Below, piece by piece: positions 58,341 through 64,000 of a DNA stretch of 64,000 bases. Below the pieces are notes generated by a model that was not told where the DNA came from, searched no databases, and worked only from the letters and a program-made list of their open reading frames with translations. Source of the DNA: the human T2T-CHM13v2.0 reference genome, Homo sapiens; NCBI RefSeq assembly GCF_009914755.1, contig NC_060937.1; one strand, written 5' to 3'. The position numbers and the translations under genes were made by a program. The first letter of the stretch is position 1; every line of letters begins with the position of its first letter.

Positions 58341-58880
58341 TAGTATTCCACTGTGTATCCATATCACATTTATTTACCTAAGTATCTGCTGATGGACACA
58401 CTGATGGACATTCAGATTTACTTCATATCTTGGCAATTGTGAAAAATTATTCAATAAATATGGGAGTGTAGATATCTCTTGAAGAGCCTGACTTCATTTT
58501 CTTTGGATATATATCCTGTAGTGAAATTATTGGATCATATAGTAGTTCTTTTTATAAATTTTTGAATAACTCCTATACTTTTTCTCATAATGGCTGTCCT
58601 AATTTACATTTTTAGCAAGAATATACAAAGGCTCCCTTTTCTCCACATTTATGTCAACACTTGTTATCTTTCATCATTTTCATGGTAGCCATTCTAGCAG
58701 ATATGAGGTTATATCTCATTGTGGATTTAATTTCATTTCCCTGATGTGTGATGTTGAGCATATTTTCTTATACCTAGATAGCTGTTGGACATTTGTATTT
58801 CTTTTTTAGAAAAGTGTCTATTCAGGCCTTTTGCCTATTTTAAAATCCAGCTATTTGTTTTATTGCTATTATTTGGCTGC

Positions 58881-60098
58881 TATATATATACACACATATA
58901 TATGTAAATACATATATATGCTATATATACATATATATGTAAATACATATATATGCTATATATACATATATATGTAAATACATATATATGCTATATATAC
59001 ATATATATGTAAACTCATACGTATACATATACATTTACATATATACATATATATGTAAAATTATATATACGTTTACATATGTAAACGCATAAATATGTTT
59101 ACATATATACATATACATATACATATATACATATATACATATACATATTAAACATATACATATGTACACATGTATACATATATGTATATACATATATACA
59201 TACACATATATACATACACGTATATACATACATACATACACATATATACATATATGTAAACACACGTGTGTATATACACACATACATATATGTAAACACA
59301 CGTGTGTATATACACACATACATATATGTAAACACACGTGTGTATATACACATATATACATATATGTAAACACACGTGTGTATATACACATATATACATA
59401 TATGTAAACACACGTGTATATACACACATACATATATGTAAACACACGTGTGTATATACACATATACATATATGTAAACACACGTGTGTATATATACACA
59501 TATACATATATGTAAACACACGTGTGTATATACACATATACATATATGTAAACACACGTGTGCATATACACATATACATATATGTAAACACACGTGTGCA
59601 TATACACATATACATATATGTAAACACACGTGTGCATATACACACATATACATATATGTAAACACACGTGTGCATATACACACATATACATATATGTAAA
59701 CACACGTGTGCATATACACACATATACATATATGTAAACACACGTGTGCATATACACATATATACATATATGTAAACACACGTGTGCATATACACATATA
59801 TACATATATGTAAACACACGTGTGCATATACACATATATACATATATGTAAACACACGTGTGCATATACACATATATACATATATGTAAACACACATATG
59901 CATATACACATATATACATATATGTAAACACACATATGTATATACACATATATGTGTAAACACACATATATGTGTTTACATATATATGTGTGTGTATATA
60001 TACACACACATGTATATATGTGTGTATATATACACACACATGTATATATGTGTGTTTACATATATATGTATGTTTGTGTGTGTGTATATATATATATG
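58881..60098. repeat. Compound TA/CA-derived minisatellite (VNTR)
   Basis: 36-bp unit x~3 at ~58895-59012; 34-38 bp unit 'catatatgtaaacacacgtgtgYatatacaca..ta' x~20 at ~59249-59970. Confidence 0.97.
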
Positions 60099-60125
60099 TG
60101 CCAGTAAACGTTTATATTTATTCTC

Positions 60126-60290
60126 TGCTATGGACTGAATTGTGCCCTCTCCCTAAAGTCCTATGTTAATGTATCTTAAGTCAAATCTCCAATGTGACTG
60201 CAATTAGAGATGGGATCTTTAGGAGATAATTAAAGTTAAATGAGGCCATAGTGGTGGGCCCTACTTTGATAAAACTGATGGCCTTTTTAA
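60126..60290 (+). mobile_element. MLT1B-like LTR, 5' half only
   Basis: 'tgctatggactgaattgtgccc...caatgtgactgcaattagagatgggatctttagg...taattaaagttaaatgaggccata'. Confidence 0.8.
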
Positions 60291-60292
60291 AA

Positions 60293-60382
60293 ATTGGTTT
60301 TTATTTTTAATTTTTAAAGATACATAACAGTTGCATATTTTTATGAAGTGTATATAGTATTTTGATATAAACACATAATGGT
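60293..60382 (-). mobile_element. Short L1MA 3'-terminal fragment
   Basis: T-rich tail followed by 'gatacataacagttgcatatttttatgaagtgtatatagtattttgatataaacacataatg'. Confidence 0.7.
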
Positions 60383-61271
60383 CATATATTTTTAATAACA
60401 CCTTATTAGATGTATAGTTTGCAAATATTTATTATCATTTTGTAGGTCTTCTTTTTACTCTATTGATTATATCCTTTGCTGGGCAGAATATTTTTACTTT
60501 AATGTAATCCTGTGTGTCTAGTTTTGCTTTTGTTCCCTGTGCTTTTGGGGTCATATCCAGAATGTCAATTCCCAGACCAGTTATGGAGCTTTTCCCCTGT
60601 TTTGTTCTAGTTGTTTCATAGTTTGGGGTTTTACATTTAAGTCTTTAATGCATTTTGAGTTGACTTCCATCTGTGATATGAAATAAGCCTTATTTCTTTC
60701 TTCTGTGGGCACATACCCATTTGTCCCAACACCATTTACCGAAGAGACACTTCTTTCCCCATTGTGTGTTCTTGACACCTTTGTCAAAAATCAGTTGGCT
60801 GCCAATGTCTCAATTTATTTCTGGGCTCTCTATTCTGTTCTATAAATCTATGTGTTTGTTTTTGTGCTAGTGCCATACTGTTTTCATAACTAGAGCTTTG
60901 TAGTATATTTTGAAGTCAGGTCATATGATACTTTTAGCAGTTTTCTTTCTTCTCCAGATTGCTTTAGTTATTCAGAGTCTTTTGTAGTTCCATACCCATT
61001 TTAGGATTCTTTTTTCTATTTTCCTGAAAAATGTCATTAGTACTTAGAAAGAGGATGCATTGAATATGTAGACTGCTTTGGGTAGCATGAGCATTTTAAC
61101 ATTAATTTCTTTTTCAATCCATAAACTTGGTATATATCTTTCTATTAATTTGTGTTTTCATTTTTTCATCAATGTTTCATAGTTTTTAGTATAGAGATCT
61201 TTCATTTCTTTGGTTAAATTTATTTCTAGGTATTTCATGTTACTTTTTTCTAGATTCTGATTGTGTCCATT

Positions 61272-61756
61272 TGTATTAGTCAGGGTTCTCCAGAGGGACA
61301 GAACTAATGGGATAAACGTATATATAAAGGGCCACAGTAGGCCTTCTGCAAGCTGAGGAACAAGGGAGCCAGTCCCAAAACCGCAAAAGTAGGGAGGCCA
61401 ATACTGCAGTCTTCAGTCTGTCGTTGAAAGTCCAAGCATCCAAAAGCTGAAGAACTTGGAGTCCAATGTTTGAAAACAGGAAGCATCCAGGACAGGAGAA
61501 ACATGCAGGCTGCAAGACTAAGTCAGTCTAGTGTTTTCACGTTCTTCTGCCTGCTTTTATTCTGGCCATGCTGGCAGCTGATTACATTGAGTCAGTGAAC
61601 TGGGAAAGGCAGACCCACCCAAATTGAGGACTGCCTTTCACAGTCCACTGACAAAAAATGTTAATCTCCTTTGGCAACACCCTCACAGACACACCGAGGA
61701 ACAATACTTTGCATCTTTCAATCCAACCAAGTTGACAATCAATATTAACCATCACA
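61272..61756 (-). mobile_element. MLT2A1-like (HERV-L) solo LTR with perfect 5-bp TSD
   Basis: TG...CA ends; TSD ccatt at 61267-61271 and 61757-61761. Confidence 0.93.
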
Positions 61757-62033
61757 CCATTGATTCTTCTCATTCCTTGGCTTTCAGTTGCATCACTCCA
61801 ATCTCTGTGTTTATCATCACCTGGTGTTTTCTCCATATGTCTTGTCTCTCTCTCTTCTTTGTATAAGGACACCACTTATAATGAATGAAGGGCCTATTTT
61901 ACTGATTGTTACTTTATCTTAGAGCAAGTAATTTCATCTCTAATGACTCTATTTACAGAAAAGGTCATAATCTGAGGTAATAACAATTAGGACTTCACAA
62001 TTTTGGTGGGGAGACACAATTCAACCTATAACA
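61757..62033 (-). mobile_element. MLT1C-like LTR (host of MLT2A1)
   Basis: 'ttccttggc...gcatcactccaatctctg...tataaggacacc...aaggtcataatctgaggta...gacacaattcaacctataaca'. Confidence 0.8.
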
Positions 62034-62604
62034 ATAGATGAAAGAATGTTTCCCAAAATTTTAATTTAATGATAAATCATTTCTGACTTTTGGGGAAAAC
62101 CCCTTTGGTAAATATTATATTTTTCTAAGTTCTCTTCTAGCCAGTAATGTTAATTTTTAAATAATCCATGCTTTTATATCAGGGGCTTTTAATCTGTAAA
62201 GCAGGTGTGTATATGAGAAAATGTTTTATCAAAGCATTTTTAGTTTTTCTCTTTGATATGTACAGAAATGCAAAATGTTAAAGAAGCATAGATTAAAATT
62301 GCACTGATGATTAAGGGTCAGAAAAACCTATGTGGGTGATGGGAAAACTATGAAAAATATTAAACAATACACATAGTTATGCATGTGAATAAGACAATAT
62401 AGAGAATAAATGCAAAGTGTAAGCAAATCTAAGAGTAAAAAATGTGAATAGAAAACCATGTATGTGTGCATATATATTCATGTGTATATTCTGTGTATAT
62501 ATGTGTATGCCTATAATGTATGCACAACAAATACACAGACATGTATACAAATACACTCTGAGGAAGTGGTAGATTTAATGGGAAAAATAAGCAGGAATAA
62601 AAGC

Positions 62605-63615
62605 TGTTGTGGAAAGTCAGGGACCCTGAACGGAGGGACTGGCTGGAGCTGTGACAGAGGAACATAAATTATGAAGATTTCATGGACATTTATCAGTTCC
62701 CAAATAATACTCTTATAATTTCTTATGCCTGTCTTACTTTAATCTCTTAAGCCTGTTATCTTCCTAAGCTGAGGATGTGTGTCACCTCAAGACCACTATT
62801 GTGTTAACTGTACAAAATGATTGTAAAATGTGTGTTTGAACAATATGAAATCAGTGCACCTTGAAAAAGAACAGAATAACAGCGATTTTAGGGAACAAGG
62901 GAAGACAACCATAAGGTCTGACTGCCTGCAGGGTTGAGCAAAAAGAGTCGTATTTTTCTTCTTGCAGAGAGCCTATAAACGGACATGCAAGTAGGGAAGA
63001 TATCACTAAATTCTTTTCCTAACAAAGAATATTAATAATTAATACCTTGGGGAAGGAATGCATTCCTGGGGGGAGGTCTATAAACAGCCACTCTGACAGT
63101 GTCTGTCTTATGTGGTTGAGATAAGGACTGAAATATACCCTGGTTTCCTACAGTACCCTCAGGTTTATTACAGTGGGGAAAAAACCCCACTCTGGTAAAT
63201 TTAAGGTCAGACCAGTTCTCTGCTCTCGAACCCTGTTTTCTGTTGTTTAAGACGTTTATCAAGACAATACATGCACAGCTGAACATAAACCCTTATCAGT
63301 AGTTCTGCTTTGCCCTTGTCCTGTTCCCTCAAAAGCATGTGATCTTTGTTCTCCTTTTTGCCCTTTGAAGCATGTGATCTTTGTGACCTACTCCCTGTTC
63401 TTACACCCCCTCCCCTTTTGAAATCCTTAGTAAAAACTTGCTGGTTTTGCAGCTCAGGTGGGCATCATGGTCCTGCCAATATGTGATGTCACCCCCAGAG
63501 GCCCAGCTGTAAAATTCCTCTGTTTGTACTCTTTCTCTTTATTTCTCATCCCGCCGACACTTATGGAAAATAGAAAGAACCTACGTTGAAATATTGGGGG
63601 CGAGTTCCCCCAATA
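62605..63615 (+). mobile_element. MER11A (HERVK11/HML-8) complete solo LTR with perfect 6-bp TSD
   Basis: 'tgttgtggaaagtcagggaccctgaacggaggga...gttcccccaata'; TSD aaaagc at 62599-62604 and 63616-63621. Confidence 0.93.
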
Positions 63616-64000
63616 AAAAGCATACAGATTTATGTATTTTTTGTTCTAGCAAGCACATAAAATACATCTTGTAAGTCAGTGGTATTCCAGCCAATTCTTT
63701 TGCCATTGTTAGTCTGTCATGAGCTTTTTGGTGATTTATGGAAAAATAAGAAAATGTATTAATTTTATTGTTAATGAGAATTCATTTAATTTAAATAAAT
63801 TTTTAGTTTTGCATATTTTGAGATATTATATGTTGTATATTTGTTGTTATCTAATATTATTTTTTAAGATATGTGAAATATAACAACTGGTAGTTTTTCT
63901 TTAAATCTTGAATTTTTACTGGTTTAACTTTCTAACTAATTCAACAATATAAATGGAAAATTATTGGTTTCTCTCTTAATTTTATGTATAATAAACTTTT

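Noticed and set aside
59249-59980. CRISPR-like regular ~36-bp palindromic repeats
   Set aside because: Units are contiguous with no unique spacers, no leader and no cas genes; the context is human
59035-60039. Three overlapping 271-334 aa ORFs
   Set aside because: They are translations of the TA/CA/TG minisatellite, which lacks stop codons on the minus strand; low-complexity C/V/Y/I/M/H/T content with no domain

Overview
This is human intergenic-type DNA, not prokaryotic: it carries an AluYa5 with all five diagnostic bases. The window is very AT-rich and CpG-poor, and most of it is interspersed repeats. I recognised 11 Alus, several L1s (two long ones, at ~28.1-35.4 kb and ~46.4-52.1 kb), L2/MIR relics, MaLR and ERVL LTRs (THE1, MST, MLT1, MLT2), ERV1 LTRs (LTR8 family, MER31 and others), a MER11 solo LTR and two DNA-transposon MITEs. 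There is also an internally deleted two-LTR provirus with a tRNA-Pro primer-binding site, and a THE1A provirus. I find no host protein-coding gene, RNA gene or CRISPR array; the ORF track is explained by repeats or chance. I cannot support a novel biological system. The best leads are a young 34-38 bp VNTR in which 17 units pair a forkhead motif with an E-box, a complex templated insertion in an L1 5'UTR, a template-switch inverted duplication in an MLT2A LTR, a candidate polymorphic AluYa5, and an ERV1/LTR8 cluster. Repeat subfamily names come from recalled consensus sequences and need RepeatMasker/Dfam confirmation.
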